Source of the DNA: a virus
Taxonomy: Duplodnaviria > Caudoviricetes
Direction: 5' to 3' (one strand)
Length of the DNA: 31,733 bases
Virus record (IMG/VR): IMGVR_UViG_3300020044_008191
Location: 1-31,733 of that record
A program made the position numbers and the translations under genes. Shown here piece after piece: positions 16,599-26,098 of the stretch. The notes under the pieces were generated by a model. It was not told the DNA's origin, made no database searches, and saw only the letters and a list, made by a program, of their open reading frames with translations. Positions within the stretch are counted from its first letter, which is position 1; the number at the start of each line of letters is the position of its first letter.

Positions 16599-18386
16599 CT
16601 AAATTGTTATTGAACCGCCTAATCTTTTATTTTTATCTAAAGTGTTTGAAAGCACTCCTATTAATGACTGTCCTGATATTTCAAAAACTACAGTACCTCC
16701 GGAAAATGAACCTCCGCCACTTGAACTTCCTACTGAACTCGTAGGGCTTGAAACGGAATTGCCAGCCTGAACAGACCCTCCAGAAGTAACGGGATTTGAT
16801 GCTGCGGATTTAGATATCGAAGCACTCATGGCTGAACCCAAAGCAACCATAGTTACACCTGCAGCAACTGCTAGGTATGGGTTTTTAATAGCGGTCTTTA
16901 CGGCTATAAGCCCAACTCCGTAGGCAATAGTTGCTTTTCCTAACTCTTGCAACATTGCACCCATACTTGATAAGATTGTTTTTCCAACCGCATCAATAAC
17001 GTTTCCCCCGCTTGCCATAGCATTACCGATGGATTCCCCAATTCCAGCCAGTGCGTTCACTGTCCCATTTGTAACAATAGAGCCTAATTCGGCATTAAAA
17101 TCTGCTATTGTTTTTTTCTGTAATTCTAATGCTGATTTTAGTTTTTCATTAGCTATAATAGCAGCTTCATCAACTCCTAAATCTGGCGTTACTAATCCTA
17201 AATTAGGATTAACTATACCTCCCGGAATAAACCCCTGTTTAAAATCAACTTTTTCTCCTTTCGGAGCTTTCGGAGCTTTCGGAACGGTCGTTGGTTTTTG
17301 GGCTTTTGGTTTATTTATATTCGCCAAGCCTAAAGATTCTTGATATGATTTATTTATTTCATTAGTCCATTTGGACTGTTCTTCTTTGTTTTTACGAAGT
17401 TGTTCTTGAATTTGTTTTAATTTATTATTCTCATTTACATAATTATTCCCAATCTCTGCGCCAGCCTCAGAAGCTAATCTTTTTTTATCTTTTAATAAAA
17501 TATTTACATTATCTAATGCTTTTTTAGTTTTTTCAGATTGTTTAATCTCCTCTTGCCTTAGCTTAACTTCTTCAACTGACAACTTTGATACTTCAGAACT
17601 GTATGCTGCTGCTTTTGCTTTTGCCATTAAAGCCGCGGTTACTTCTTTTACAGATCCAGCAACACCCCCATTTAATATTTGCTCTTGGGAAAGATTGCCA
17701 AAGTAGTTGGGATATTCATCCTGAAGTTTTTGTACGGCTATCAATCTATCTTTCATTGATAAATTAATATTTTTAGCAGCAGCGGCATACGCATTAACAG
17801 CCGATATTTCGCCTTGTGCATTTTTAACAGATTCCTCAGTAGCAACTCTTATAGAGTTAGAAAACTCATTATAAGTCCCCGTTAATTTTTCAAATACATC
17901 TTTTACTGTAATTCCATTTTGAGCTAAATAGGTAAGCCCTGTAGTAAGCAATGATACCCCCAGCAATATACCACCACTCCCTAAAATGGAAGCTCCCATA
18001 GCTTTTAAAGCTGAACCAGTACTTCCTGTTGCGTTTCTTAAATGCCCGAATGATTCAACGGTTGCGGTGATATTGTTGCCAATACCAATAATCCCATATG
18101 GTGCATCCTGCGCAATTCTTGAAAACTGCATAAGTGCATTCCCTCCGCTTGCAACTTTTGGCTGCATTGCTCCAAATGAATTCCCTGTATCTTTTAAAGT
18201 GGTTTTTAAATCTGTTAAAGATTTTTTAACGTCCTTGATATTTCCGTCGATTTCTTTAGTATCTAGTCCTAATTTAATACGGTCAATCTTTACGTTTGCG
18301 AGTTCTTTTAAATTAAATTCTGCCTCTTTAATCTTTTTATTTAATTCCGAATTATCGGCACCAATTTGGATTTGTAAACCTGCCAT
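16599..18386 (-). CDS. Tail tape measure protein
   Basis: LQIQIGADNSEL start, RIAQDAPYG motif, Ala/Gly-rich helical content; lies downstream of the tail chaperones. Confidence 0.85.
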   Translation of the reverse strand: MAGLQIQIGADNSELNKKIKEAEFNLKELANVKIDRIKLGLDTKEIDGNIKDVKKSLTDLKTTLKDTGNSFGAMQPKVASGGNALMQFSRIAQDAPYGIIGIGNNITATVESFGHLRNATGSTGSALKAMGASILGSGGILLGVSLLTTGLTYLAQNGITVKDVFEKLTGTYNEFSNSIRVATEESVKNAQGEISAVNAYAAAAKNINLSMKDRLIAVQKLQDEYPNYFGNLSQEQILNGGVAGSVKEVTAALMAKAKAAAYSSEVSKLSVEEVKLRQEEIKQSEKTKKALDNVNILLKDKKRLASEAGAEIGNNYVNENNKLKQIQEQLRKNKEEQSKWTNEINKSYQESLGLANINKPKAQKPTTVPKAPKAPKGEKVDFKQGFIPGGIVNPNLGLVTPDLGVDEAAIIANEKLKSALELQKKTIADFNAELGSIVTNGTVNALAGIGESIGNAMASGGNVIDAVGKTILSSMGAMLQELGKATIAYGVGLIAVKTAIKNPYLAVAAGVTMVALGSAMSASISKSAASNPVTSGGSVQAGNSVSSPTSSVGSSSGGGSFSGGTVVFEISGQSLIGVLSNTLDKNKRLGGSITI

Positions 18387-18388
18387 AA

Positions 18389-18895
18389 CTAAATATTTTT
18401 ATAACGTTCTAATCTTTTTATTTTTCCTATTGTTGCTCTATTAACTAAATAAATTTCAGCTAATTTAGTTTCACTTAGTTTACTTTTCCTAATATCAATA
18501 ATATCTTGTTTTAAAAATCTACTATTATAATGTTCAAATGCTTTTTTAGGGGTTCTCAATCCTATTAAATCAGCGTGCCTAATGTTTTCACTACGTGTAC
18601 ACCATTCTAAATTACACAATCTATTATCTGATTTAATGCCATTAATATGATTAACGTGTGGTTTGTTTTCTGGGTTGTCTAAAAAAGCTAAACAAACTAA
18701 TCTGTGAATAGTAAAACTTCTTAATTTTTTATTTTTAGTTAATGTATAATAAACATAACCTAATTTATTAGTGTTGCTTTTAATAATTTTACCATATACA
18801 GATACTTTATAGCTTTTAATCCTTCCTAAATTAGAAACATAATAATCTCCATCAAACCCTTTAATTTCTTTCCATATTTCAGTTACTTGATCCAT
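18389..18895 (-). CDS. NUMOD4-HNH homing endonuclease
   Basis: EIWKEIKGFDGDYYVSNLGRIKS (NUMOD4) and IHRLV...VNHINGIKSDNRLCNLEW (HNH). Confidence 0.92.
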   Translation of the reverse strand: MDQVTEIWKEIKGFDGDYYVSNLGRIKSYKVSVYGKIIKSNTNKLGYVYYTLTKNKKLRSFTIHRLVCLAFLDNPENKPHVNHINGIKSDNRLCNLEWCTRSENIRHADLIGLRTPKKAFEHYNSRFLKQDIIDIRKSKLSETKLAEIYLVNRATIGKIKRLERYKNI

Positions 18896-19241
18896 TATTG
18901 AACCTGTTTAAGATAATCTTTATACGCTTCTAAGAATCTGTTTTTTTGTTCTTCACTAACTCCGTTACTTTTTCTTTCGCCTCCTGATAAATCCATAAAT
19001 TTATCCATTGTTTTTGGCAATTTCTTATAATCCTGATAAGGAGCTACTAAAGCATTATATGCTACTAACCTAAACTTTTTCCAGTCTTCTAGCTGCATCC
19101 TTTTATAAGCAAAAAGGCGAATTTGGAACTCGGCAAAGGTCATGTCATAAACATCACTTAATCGCATAATTCCAAGCTCGCCACACGCAAAAGCTATAAC
19201 ATCCTTTTTAAAATCTATTTCACTGCCTTCGCTTTTTTTTT
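18895..19241 (-). CDS. Tail assembly chaperone GT extension (reached by -1 frameshift)
   Basis: The frame of 18895-19167 stays open upstream to the A9 run and reads SEGSEIDFKKDVIAFACGELGIMRLSDVYDMT. Confidence 0.8.
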
Positions 19242-19550
19242 ATCTTCTGGAACTACAGGAACATCTTTAAACATTGATTCGTTAAAAGCTATCTTAAAGT
19301 CAAACCAAAATTTACCACCAATACCTCCGTTATCATCAATCAAATCAAAAATATCAATCAACGTAAAATCGATATCTTTTCCTTCTCTTTTATTAGCATA
19401 CACCCTAGAATAGTACATTATTTTAGGCATAAGAATTTCGTCTGGCTGTGCCCCTAATTCTTCAATTTTCAAGCCTGTTCCGTCTAATAATTCATTAAGG
19501 AATCCGATTCCAAAATGAAAATCAATTCCTAATAAGTTTTTTTTATTCAT
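19215..19550 (-). CDS. Tail assembly chaperone G (start revised to MNKKNLL)
   Basis: Follows the major tail gene; ATG at 19550 lies just after the upstream stop; ends EDKKKAKAVK. Confidence 0.8.
   Translation of the reverse strand: MNKKNLLGIDFHFGIGFLNELLDGTGLKIEELGAQPDEILMPKIMYYSRVYANKREGKDIDFTLIDIFDLIDDNGGIGGKFWFDFKIAFNESMFKDVPVVPEDKKKAKAVK
19233..19241 (-). other. Programmed -1 ribosomal frameshift site (A9, containing A AAA AAA)
   Basis: GAT AAA AAA AAA GCG; a -1 slip joins G to the downstream frame as in lambda G/GT. Confidence 0.8.
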
Positions 19551-19554
19551 AAGA

Positions 19555-19995
19555 TTAAGCTTCTGGGTCAACCGTTACAATCGCTCCGTCACCTTCTAAA
19601 GTAACAGAAAAAGTACTAATTTCATCTCCTGCTCCTTGGTCTAAGGATAAGTCTGATAAAATAGCCGACCCATAATAAACAGCCCCGGTAACCCCTGTAT
19701 CAAGTTTCCAAACAATAGGGAGTTTTGCTTGTTGCTTAGTTAATAAATAATCATGTGAAGCCTTTGTGGTTTCACCTCCTACAGATGTCGTATCGATGTA
19801 CTCTCCTTCTGCGTCAATTGAATAGCTAAAAATTCCAGCTTGTTTTTTAACTACACCCGGAAAGCATTTTGTTTGTGATTCAATTATTGAAACTGCCGAA
19901 CTCAAAGAATTAGACGTTAAGCACGCAACTGGTCGGTAAATAGTGCCATCGTGTACATAAAGAATCCCCACTTCTCCTTTTACTGGTAATGCCAT
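19555..19995 (-). CDS. Major tail (tube) protein
   Basis: Canonical position; C-terminal YYGSAILSDLSL...TFSVTLEGDG motif. Confidence 0.85.
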   Translation of the reverse strand: MALPVKGEVGILYVHDGTIYRPVACLTSNSLSSAVSIIESQTKCFPGVVKKQAGIFSYSIDAEGEYIDTTSVGGETTKASHDYLLTKQQAKLPIVWKLDTGVTGAVYYGSAILSDLSLDQGAGDEISTFSVTLEGDGAIVTVDPEA

Positions 19996-20001
19996 AGTAT
20001 T

Positions 20002-20430
20002 TTATATTAATGTTAAATTTAATCTCATGAACGACCTAAATATATTTTCAGCATCCGTTACTGTTTCCAACTGAGTTTCAAAAGTTATATTTTGCGTTAA
20101 ATTCTGAAACCCTGACACTGTTATTTTTGGCAATAATAATGTGTAAATAGCTTGTTCAATATCATTTAATAATAATCGACTTCCGCTATTCCCTGCGCTT
20201 GACGATTTTGTATATATTTCAATCAGCAATGATGTTGTCCACCTATATTCACATTTCGTATTTTTTTCAACTTCTTTTGTTTGTGCTGTGAATAAAACAT
20301 ATTCGTTTATATCAGCATTTCCGCTAACTCTACTATCAAAACAATTTATGATTTTCCCACTAACAACAATGTTATTAATTTGGTCGTAAACCGCTTTTCT
20401 AATATATTTATCAGGGTTAACTGTTGTCAT
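20002..20430 (-). CDS. Tail terminator/completion protein
   Basis: Position between the gp10-like gene and the tail tube gene; 142 aa. Confidence 0.65.
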   Translation of the reverse strand: MTTVNPDKYIRKAVYDQINNIVVSGKIINCFDSRVSGNADINEYVLFTAQTKEVEKNTKCEYRWTTSLLIEIYTKSSSAGNSGSRLLLNDIEQAIYTLLLPKITVSGFQNLTQNITFETQLETVTDAENIFRSFMRLNLTLI

Positions 20431-20442
20431 GGTTCAAAAATA

Positions 20443-20958
20443 CTAAATTTTTTTATTATATCGCTTCAATAATTTAGTTAAGTTGTTTAAATATTCTGAT
20501 TTGCCTTTTACATAAGCAGGATAAAGAAATGGTTTTGGATTAACACCCGCTCCTAAAATCTTTGCAAATATTGGATAAGCTGCTTTTTCATCGATTCCTT
20601 TTGCCCTACACCATATTTTTATAGATTCTAACCCGTCCTTAAAGGAACCGCTTTTTTGATTCTTAAATGAATTTGCCATGTCTTTAAATTCAGCTGGTAC
20701 ATTTACTTTTTTACCAGTTCCAAACTCCATATAAGCACCGTATTTTTCATTAACAGCAACTTTATATTTTGATTCCTTTACTTTTAAATGACTTATGCTT
20801 TGCGCTAATTTACCAAAGTTTTTAGGAGCCATTTGCTTAGCATCATTTTCAATTTGTATTGCCGTTGCTTCAGTTTCTGCATCAATCATTTTCTCAACCT
20901 CATCACCAAATTTACGAAGCTCTGAAATAGTTTTGCTTAATCCTTTAACCGTTGCCAT
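20443..20958 (-). CDS. HK97 gp10-like neck/tail completion protein
   Basis: APKNFGKLAQSI, YGAYMEFGT and PKPFLYPA motifs. Confidence 0.85.
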   Translation of the reverse strand: MATVKGLSKTISELRKFGDEVEKMIDAETEATAIQIENDAKQMAPKNFGKLAQSISHLKVKESKYKVAVNEKYGAYMEFGTGKKVNVPAEFKDMANSFKNQKSGSFKDGLESIKIWCRAKGIDEKAAYPIFAKILGAGVNPKPFLYPAYVKGKSEYLNNLTKLLKRYNKKI

Positions 20959-21271
20959 TAGCTGTAATATTTACAAATCTAAATAACTCATCATCGTAAC
21001 GAATGTCATTTATAACATATTTTTTTGAACGATATATAATACTAAGATTATCTAAATCAGGCGTTAAGTTTGCATTAGCTCTAATTTTAAAAGAATAGTT
21101 ATTTTTAATATCGGACTTCCCAGCCGCATTATCTTTAAAAGAGCTATTTTGTTTTACTTCAGCCCAATAAGACCCTATTAAAACATCAGTTACCGTATTA
21201 CCTCCGTATCCATCGGATACGTTTGTTGTTTTGTAAATAGATATTTTTCGTGTGTATTGTCTGGCTATCAT
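20945..21271 (-). CDS. Head closure/head-tail adaptor protein (SPP1 gp16-like)
   Basis: DGYGG...WAEV pattern, 108 aa, canonical position. Confidence 0.8.
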   Translation of the reverse strand: MIARQYTRKISIYKTTNVSDGYGGNTVTDVLIGSYWAEVKQNSSFKDNAAGKSDIKNNYSFKIRANANLTPDLDNLSIIYRSKKYVINDIRYDDELFRFVNITANGNG

Positions 21272-21714
21272 AAAAATCTTCTATAAATATCAATTGCTTC
21301 TTTTACTGATTCTGGGATAAGTGTTGTGTTCACTTGTTTTTCTGACTCATAATAAAATACTTTAATCATTTGTAAAGCAGCTTGTATTAATTCATCTGGA
21401 ACTTCATCAACTCCGTAACCGACGTTTAAAACAACTTCTTTGTCATTTGGAAATATCTTAAACATAGAGTAATCCACGTTAAACGGTTCGGGGGTTGTAA
21501 CGATGGAATTTATAGGAAAATCATGAACTTTAACTTGACAAACCCCTGTATATGTTTTATCTTGAGCATACATTATATGATTAGTGCGCTTTTCAATATA
21601 ACGTAAAGACGCATTTATCATCGAAGTAATTTCAGTATCATCATCCGCTAAATCAGAATCGATGCGAAGATAATTCTTTGCTCGTTCTAATGTTATTACG
21701 TCTATATAAGCCAT
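21268..21714 (-). CDS. Head-tail connector (HK97 gp6-like)
   Basis: ITLERAKNYLRID and VPDELIQAALQMIKVFYYE motifs. Confidence 0.85.
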   Translation of the reverse strand: MAYIDVITLERAKNYLRIDSDLADDDTEITSMINASLRYIEKRTNHIMYAQDKTYTGVCQVKVHDFPINSIVTTPEPFNVDYSMFKIFPNDKEVVLNVGYGVDEVPDELIQAALQMIKVFYYESEKQVNTTLIPESVKEAIDIYRRFL

Positions 21715-21869
21715 TATTTTTTTGATTTAAGTTTGTCTTCCTTAATTTCTACAACGTACCAATTCATAGACTTTGCGTCTTCTGCTGATAATTCAATAAT
21801 ATCATTAATTACGTAGTTCTTTTGCTCTGATAGCTTGAAAAAAGGCTTTATTACTTTATATTTTTTCAT
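21714..21869 (-). CDS. Small post-capsid protein (51 aa, not in ORF track)
   Basis: Hand translation MKKYKVIKPFFKLSEQKNY...KSKK*; stop overlaps the next ATG; promoter immediately upstream. Confidence 0.75.
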   Translation of the reverse strand: MKKYKVIKPFFKLSEQKNYVINDIIELSAEDAKSMNWYVVEIKEDKLKSKK

Positions 21870-21888
21870 TTATAAAATGTTTTATTCA

Positions 21889-21896
21889 CAAATATA
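21889..21896 (-). promoter_or_regulatory. Promoter -7 element after the capsid terminator
   Basis: TATATTTG directly after the terminator U-tract. Confidence 0.6.
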
Positions 21897-21897
21897 C

Positions 21898-21922
21898 AAA
21901 AAACCCCTAATTAAAGGGGTTT
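21898..21922 (-). terminator. Terminator after the major capsid gene
   Basis: AAACCCCT/AGGGGTTT stem with a T-tract on the minus strand. Confidence 0.8.
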
Positions 21923-21951
21923 AATTAAATTAATTTACAACTAATTTATTG

Positions 21952-23088
21952 TTAAGCGATTGCTGTAAAGTCACCGTAAACGATAGCTGCTGGTTGTTCA
22001 ACTGCCAAACCTACTTGGGCTTCGATACGTGCTGTAATGTTATTAGTTACAAAGTTTGTACCTTCAGTTTCTGAAAACTCTAAAGACAAACCTTCAGTTA
22101 CAATTTTGTTAACTCTTGACCAGTCCCCAACATAGTACTTGTTAGCGGCTAACCAGTTTGCTTTCAACAATGGAATACCATTAATTCTTAATTGTCCACC
22201 TTCAAGGGTAACAATGCCAGGCAATCCATACCCTGCACCTGTTGATTTTTCAGTTTTCAAAATATCCCAATAATCAGCAGGACGAACCACAATTGCATTA
22301 ACTGGATAGTTCAATCCTTCTTGTTTTGCGATTTCATTCAACAACATTTCAATTTTGTTTTTCCCTGTGATGATCTCAGTTGATGCAGTTGCGGCAGCAG
22401 CTAAAACACCGTTAAAAATTGAGTTCTCCGCAATTGCATAATCTCTACGCAATGCGTTCGGAATAAATGAAGTCAAGAAAGGAAGGTTATTAGCCATTTT
22501 TTTGCTGTATCTTGTAAAACCAGCAATGAAATTAGTTGCCAAATCTACCATTGTGAAGTCGTAATCTCTTTGAGATTTTGCAGAGCCTTCAGTTTGAGTA
22601 GCAATTGAACCCTCACCCGCTCCCTCACGTGGATAAGTGTACGTTCCGCCTGAAATATTAACAGAACCTACCAAATCCGAAACGTTAACCATCTGTCCCG
22701 GAATCATAACAACATTTAAGTTGTAATCTCTTGGAGCGTCACCTGTTAGGTTTGCCAATGTCATGTTTCCAACTGCTTTTACTTGCAAAGCGTTTCCTTT
22801 TCTTACTTCAGAAATACCTTTGAAGTTTTCAGTAATAGATTTTACTAACAAATCTTCATTTTTTACTTCGATTGCATTTGCTTTCAATTTAACATCTAAT
22901 TTGTCAGCGTGAGCTTGAATAGCTGTTAAGTCAGCTTTTAATGCTAAAACATCAGCATCTTTTTCTGCTTTCATTTTAACTTCTAAGGCTTCAATAAGTC
23001 CTTTTACTTCAACTGTTTGCTCAGTTGCTTTTGTTTCAACTTGTGCTTTAATTCCTTCTAAGGCGTTTTTAATTTCTAATGCTTCCAT
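21952..23088 (-). CDS. Major capsid protein, HK97 fold with N-terminal delta domain
   Basis: Coiled-coil N-terminus; EGSAKSQ, YYVGDWS and FVTNNITARIEAQVGLAVEQPAAIV motifs. Confidence 0.92.
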   Translation of the reverse strand: MEALEIKNALEGIKAQVETKATEQTVEVKGLIEALEVKMKAEKDADVLALKADLTAIQAHADKLDVKLKANAIEVKNEDLLVKSITENFKGISEVRKGNALQVKAVGNMTLANLTGDAPRDYNLNVVMIPGQMVNVSDLVGSVNISGGTYTYPREGAGEGSIATQTEGSAKSQRDYDFTMVDLATNFIAGFTRYSKKMANNLPFLTSFIPNALRRDYAIAENSIFNGVLAAAATASTEIITGKNKIEMLLNEIAKQEGLNYPVNAIVVRPADYWDILKTEKSTGAGYGLPGIVTLEGGQLRINGIPLLKANWLAANKYYVGDWSRVNKIVTEGLSLEFSETEGTNFVTNNITARIEAQVGLAVEQPAAIVYGDFTAIA

Positions 23089-23103
23089 TTTTTGTTTTTG
23101 TTT

Positions 23104-23928
23104 TTAAAGTTTGAATGATTTTAACGTGTCTAAAATAAGCGGCTGTTCATTCAAAGTGTCAGGTTCTGACGACTTCTTACTAAGTGCTTTCATTATTTCA
23201 ATCTCTTTCGACTGAGATGTGATAATATCTTTAGATATTTTTACTAACGTATTATTCTTTAGTAAACTTTCATATTTTTTAGCCATTTTAATAGCTGCCT
23301 CGTGATGTGGTATCATCATATTAATAAACTCCACATCCTTGTCGTCTTGATCCTCCATTTGAGCCATTTTCAACAGCGTTTCAATTTGTCTTAATCTACC
23401 ATCAGAATAATCCAAATTATATGCTTTTTCTATAAGTTCTAAAATACCATACGTAGATTTTATTGATTTTATCCCTTGTACGGTACTTAGTTCATTTGCT
23501 CCCCAGCTAGACAAAAATGAGTATTCTCGAAGCATATATTCTTTAATGATGCTTTTGTCTTTTTGGTCACGCTGCAACACCTTATACCCAATGGATAATT
23601 CAGCATTAAGTCCATTATCGTGCATCAATTTCACGTCAGTAAACATGTCTTTTCCTAAATCTTTTTTTAGATTAAATTGAGTCGTTGTAAGCAATCCATA
23701 AGTGTCTTTAGTATCAATAGCCAATGGGACACCCACCATCATTGTTGGATTATGGTCTTTCAAAACACGAATTCGTTTAAAACTTTCTGCTACCGTTTTA
23801 TCAAATGACCCATAAGCCGAAACATCCCCGTCTGAATCTTTGAAATTGTAAGTGTTTGCGTAAGCAATTACCACGCCTTTTTCTTCGTCAAGTTCTTTTA
23901 AATTGTAAGATAACTGTTTAAAATCCAT
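23104..23928 (-). CDS. HK97-type prohead protease with DUF305-like insert
   Basis: DSDGD, LKDHN, ELSIGY and LREYSFL...GAN protease motifs; later DVEFINMMIPHHEAAIKMA. Confidence 0.88.
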   Translation of the reverse strand: MDFKQLSYNLKELDEEKGVVIAYANTYNFKDSDGDVSAYGSFDKTVAESFKRIRVLKDHNPTMMVGVPLAIDTKDTYGLLTTTQFNLKKDLGKDMFTDVKLMHDNGLNAELSIGYKVLQRDQKDKSIIKEYMLREYSFLSSWGANELSTVQGIKSIKSTYGILELIEKAYNLDYSDGRLRQIETLLKMAQMEDQDDKDVEFINMMIPHHEAAIKMAKKYESLLKNNTLVKISKDIITSQSKEIEIMKALSKKSSEPDTLNEQPLILDTLKSFKL

Positions 23929-23933
23929 ATCTT

Positions 23934-24701
23934 TTATTTTTTAAAAATTAACATCCCATCATCGTCTCTTTTAGCTCTAAAAGCTACTGTACACCTACAG
24001 TTAATTACATTTCCTGCGCTTGCTTTTGTGTCTCCCGGATATTGGATATTTTCTCCTCCCACAAAAAAAGGAGCTTCTAAATCCTGCACCTGATTATTCA
24101 TGTCTAAATGATCGAAAGGCGTTAATCTGGTTCTATCATCTTGCACGCTTATCCAAACCTTTTCCATTAATAAATTACTTGCTTTTGCCGTTTCAAATGC
24201 GCTAAAATTTGATGCACTAGTGGTTTCAGTTCTTGCAATTCTTAACGCCTGCCATTTATAAAACGTTTGTGAACGTCTAACTATTGCATATATAGCATTT
24301 TGTAAATCTATAACGGTTGCGTTTTCACCTAGGCTATCTTTAATGCTTTTTATTACATCAGCTATTAATGTTTCTCTGACAGATGTGACTTTTACCGCAC
24401 CTTCATTAGACAAAAATAGTAAAATTTGTTGTAATAAATATTCATTAAACAACATATTAAGCTTTTTAGTCTTTTCAATCTCTTTATTTACACGATTAGC
24501 ATAATTTAAACCAATTGTATTATATAACTCTAGCAACATAGCTTTTATCTGTTCCTCAGTTATATTGCCTTGAATCAACCATTCATAAGTAGATAAAGAA
24601 ACATTATTTACAGGTATTTTCTGCAATATTTTTTTAATATGCTTTTGAATGATTCTATACGCTTTTCGTTCGTATAGGGAATGTAATTTTTTCCATTCCA
24701 T
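23934..24701 (-). CDS. Head morphogenesis protein (Mu gpF/SPP1 gp7-like)
   Basis: RIARTET, KVWISVQDDRTR...H and YPGD...VINCRC motifs. Confidence 0.9.
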   Translation of the reverse strand: MEWKKLHSLYERKAYRIIQKHIKKILQKIPVNNVSLSTYEWLIQGNITEEQIKAMLLELYNTIGLNYANRVNKEIEKTKKLNMLFNEYLLQQILLFLSNEGAVKVTSVRETLIADVIKSIKDSLGENATVIDLQNAIYAIVRRSQTFYKWQALRIARTETTSASNFSAFETAKASNLLMEKVWISVQDDRTRLTPFDHLDMNNQVQDLEAPFFVGGENIQYPGDTKASAGNVINCRCTVAFRAKRDDDGMLIFKK

Positions 24702-24703
24702 TG

Positions 24704-26074
24704 TTATTGATTTGCATTATCAATTACACCCTCGCTAACATCGTCAATCCTTTGTAAGTTTGTCGGCATCCACACTATATCCATGCCATCATCTTCAAGG
24801 GTTCCATATCTAAAGACTAGCCTCTTTTCGTTAGGGGTTAAAGGAATCATGTTTAACGCTTCAGCCTGCATTTTCATGTCCGTTTGCATTTCTGGCAATT
24901 CTGTTACATCCCACTCAATAACAGCGTTTTCATAACCTTTGAATCTAGGTAAAAACTCTTTGTTTAATGAATTTTGAAGTAACACTAAATCAGGCTGTAT
25001 GTCGTCTGTTATAAGCTGCTTACGAGCCTCATTTGTATCTGTACTTCCTAAAGATGCTTTGCCGTCATTATTCAATAACTCATCAGGGAAATTCAATACA
25101 TTGCAGATTGTTTTTCTGTCCCAATTTAAAAAATCAAATGGCTTTAACTCATCAGTTGTAAGTGATATTCTTTGAAACCCAACCTCGCCACTAGCTCCTG
25201 CAATCTTACCTAAGCGTTCAGGGCTTTTATCCATTTCTTGTAATCTTTCTTTCATAGATTGCGCTTGTTCTGGAGTCCATGGAGTCCCCTTACCATAAAC
25301 AAAACCAAACGCTCCACTTGATTGCAACATTTTAATATTATTATCAATAGCACTATTTTGGCTATTAATATTTCTCAATGCTGAACGCAAAGGGCTCATC
25401 CCGTAAAGGTGTGATCCTTGCATGTCAAAATTAGGATTTGAATACTTAATATGAATCACGTCTTTTTCCTCAAACTCAACATATTTATTTCCTTCAATTA
25501 AAACATAATGGTCAATAGGGCTTTCAACTGTTAACATCGAAGCGTCTTTCTTTAATACTATTTCAATTAAATGAGATGGTAATACGTAAACTTGAATAGG
25601 TATTCCAGAGTTCATTCCATCCTCAGGACTCATAAGGTAAATATAACAATTACCTGTAATTTTCATGTATGTTTTGTATAATCCGAATATATCAGCCCAT
25701 GTTTGATTAGGGTTTGGTTGCTCTAAAGGGAAATTCATTTCTTCCTCAGAATAAGCCTTGCTTTGAAGTTTTACCTTTTGGATAAATTGCGATAAATTTA
25801 AATTTCCTTTCGTTGCAAGTTCTAACTGATTAAGTTTAGAATGCGATTTTTTATCTTCAATCTGTTTAATATAATAAGGAACAGAAACTGTCTTGACCGT
25901 CTGTTTATTAATAATTGCATAAACATCAGGATTGGTGTTATATCCCTTTTCTAAGTATGTTTTATTATTAGTATCGTATTTGGTATAACCACCGCCTAAA
26001 AATTGATAGAAAGCTCTATTGAAGTAGTTTTCAATATCTTTATTGCCGAAAAGTCTCTGAATAATATTTGCCAT
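24704..26074 (-). CDS. Portal protein (HK97 family)
   Basis: PNPNQTW, ITGNCYIY, VIHIKY, YGMSPL and LTPNEKR motifs. Confidence 0.92.
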   Translation of the reverse strand: MANIIQRLFGNKDIENYFNRAFYQFLGGGYTKYDTNNKTYLEKGYNTNPDVYAIINKQTVKTVSVPYYIKQIEDKKSHSKLNQLELATKGNLNLSQFIQKVKLQSKAYSEEEMNFPLEQPNPNQTWADIFGLYKTYMKITGNCYIYLMSPEDGMNSGIPIQVYVLPSHLIEIVLKKDASMLTVESPIDHYVLIEGNKYVEFEEKDVIHIKYSNPNFDMQGSHLYGMSPLRSALRNINSQNSAIDNNIKMLQSSGAFGFVYGKGTPWTPEQAQSMKERLQEMDKSPERLGKIAGASGEVGFQRISLTTDELKPFDFLNWDRKTICNVLNFPDELLNNDGKASLGSTDTNEARKQLITDDIQPDLVLLQNSLNKEFLPRFKGYENAVIEWDVTELPEMQTDMKMQAEALNMIPLTPNEKRLVFRYGTLEDDGMDIVWMPTNLQRIDDVSEGVIDNANQ

Positions 26075-26098
26075 AAAACAAAACTAATAAAAAATATA

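Noticed and set aside
17260-17285. Short TTTCGGAGC tandem repeat in the tape measure gene
   Set aside because: It encodes a low-complexity PKAPKAPK linker with no sign of a separate function.
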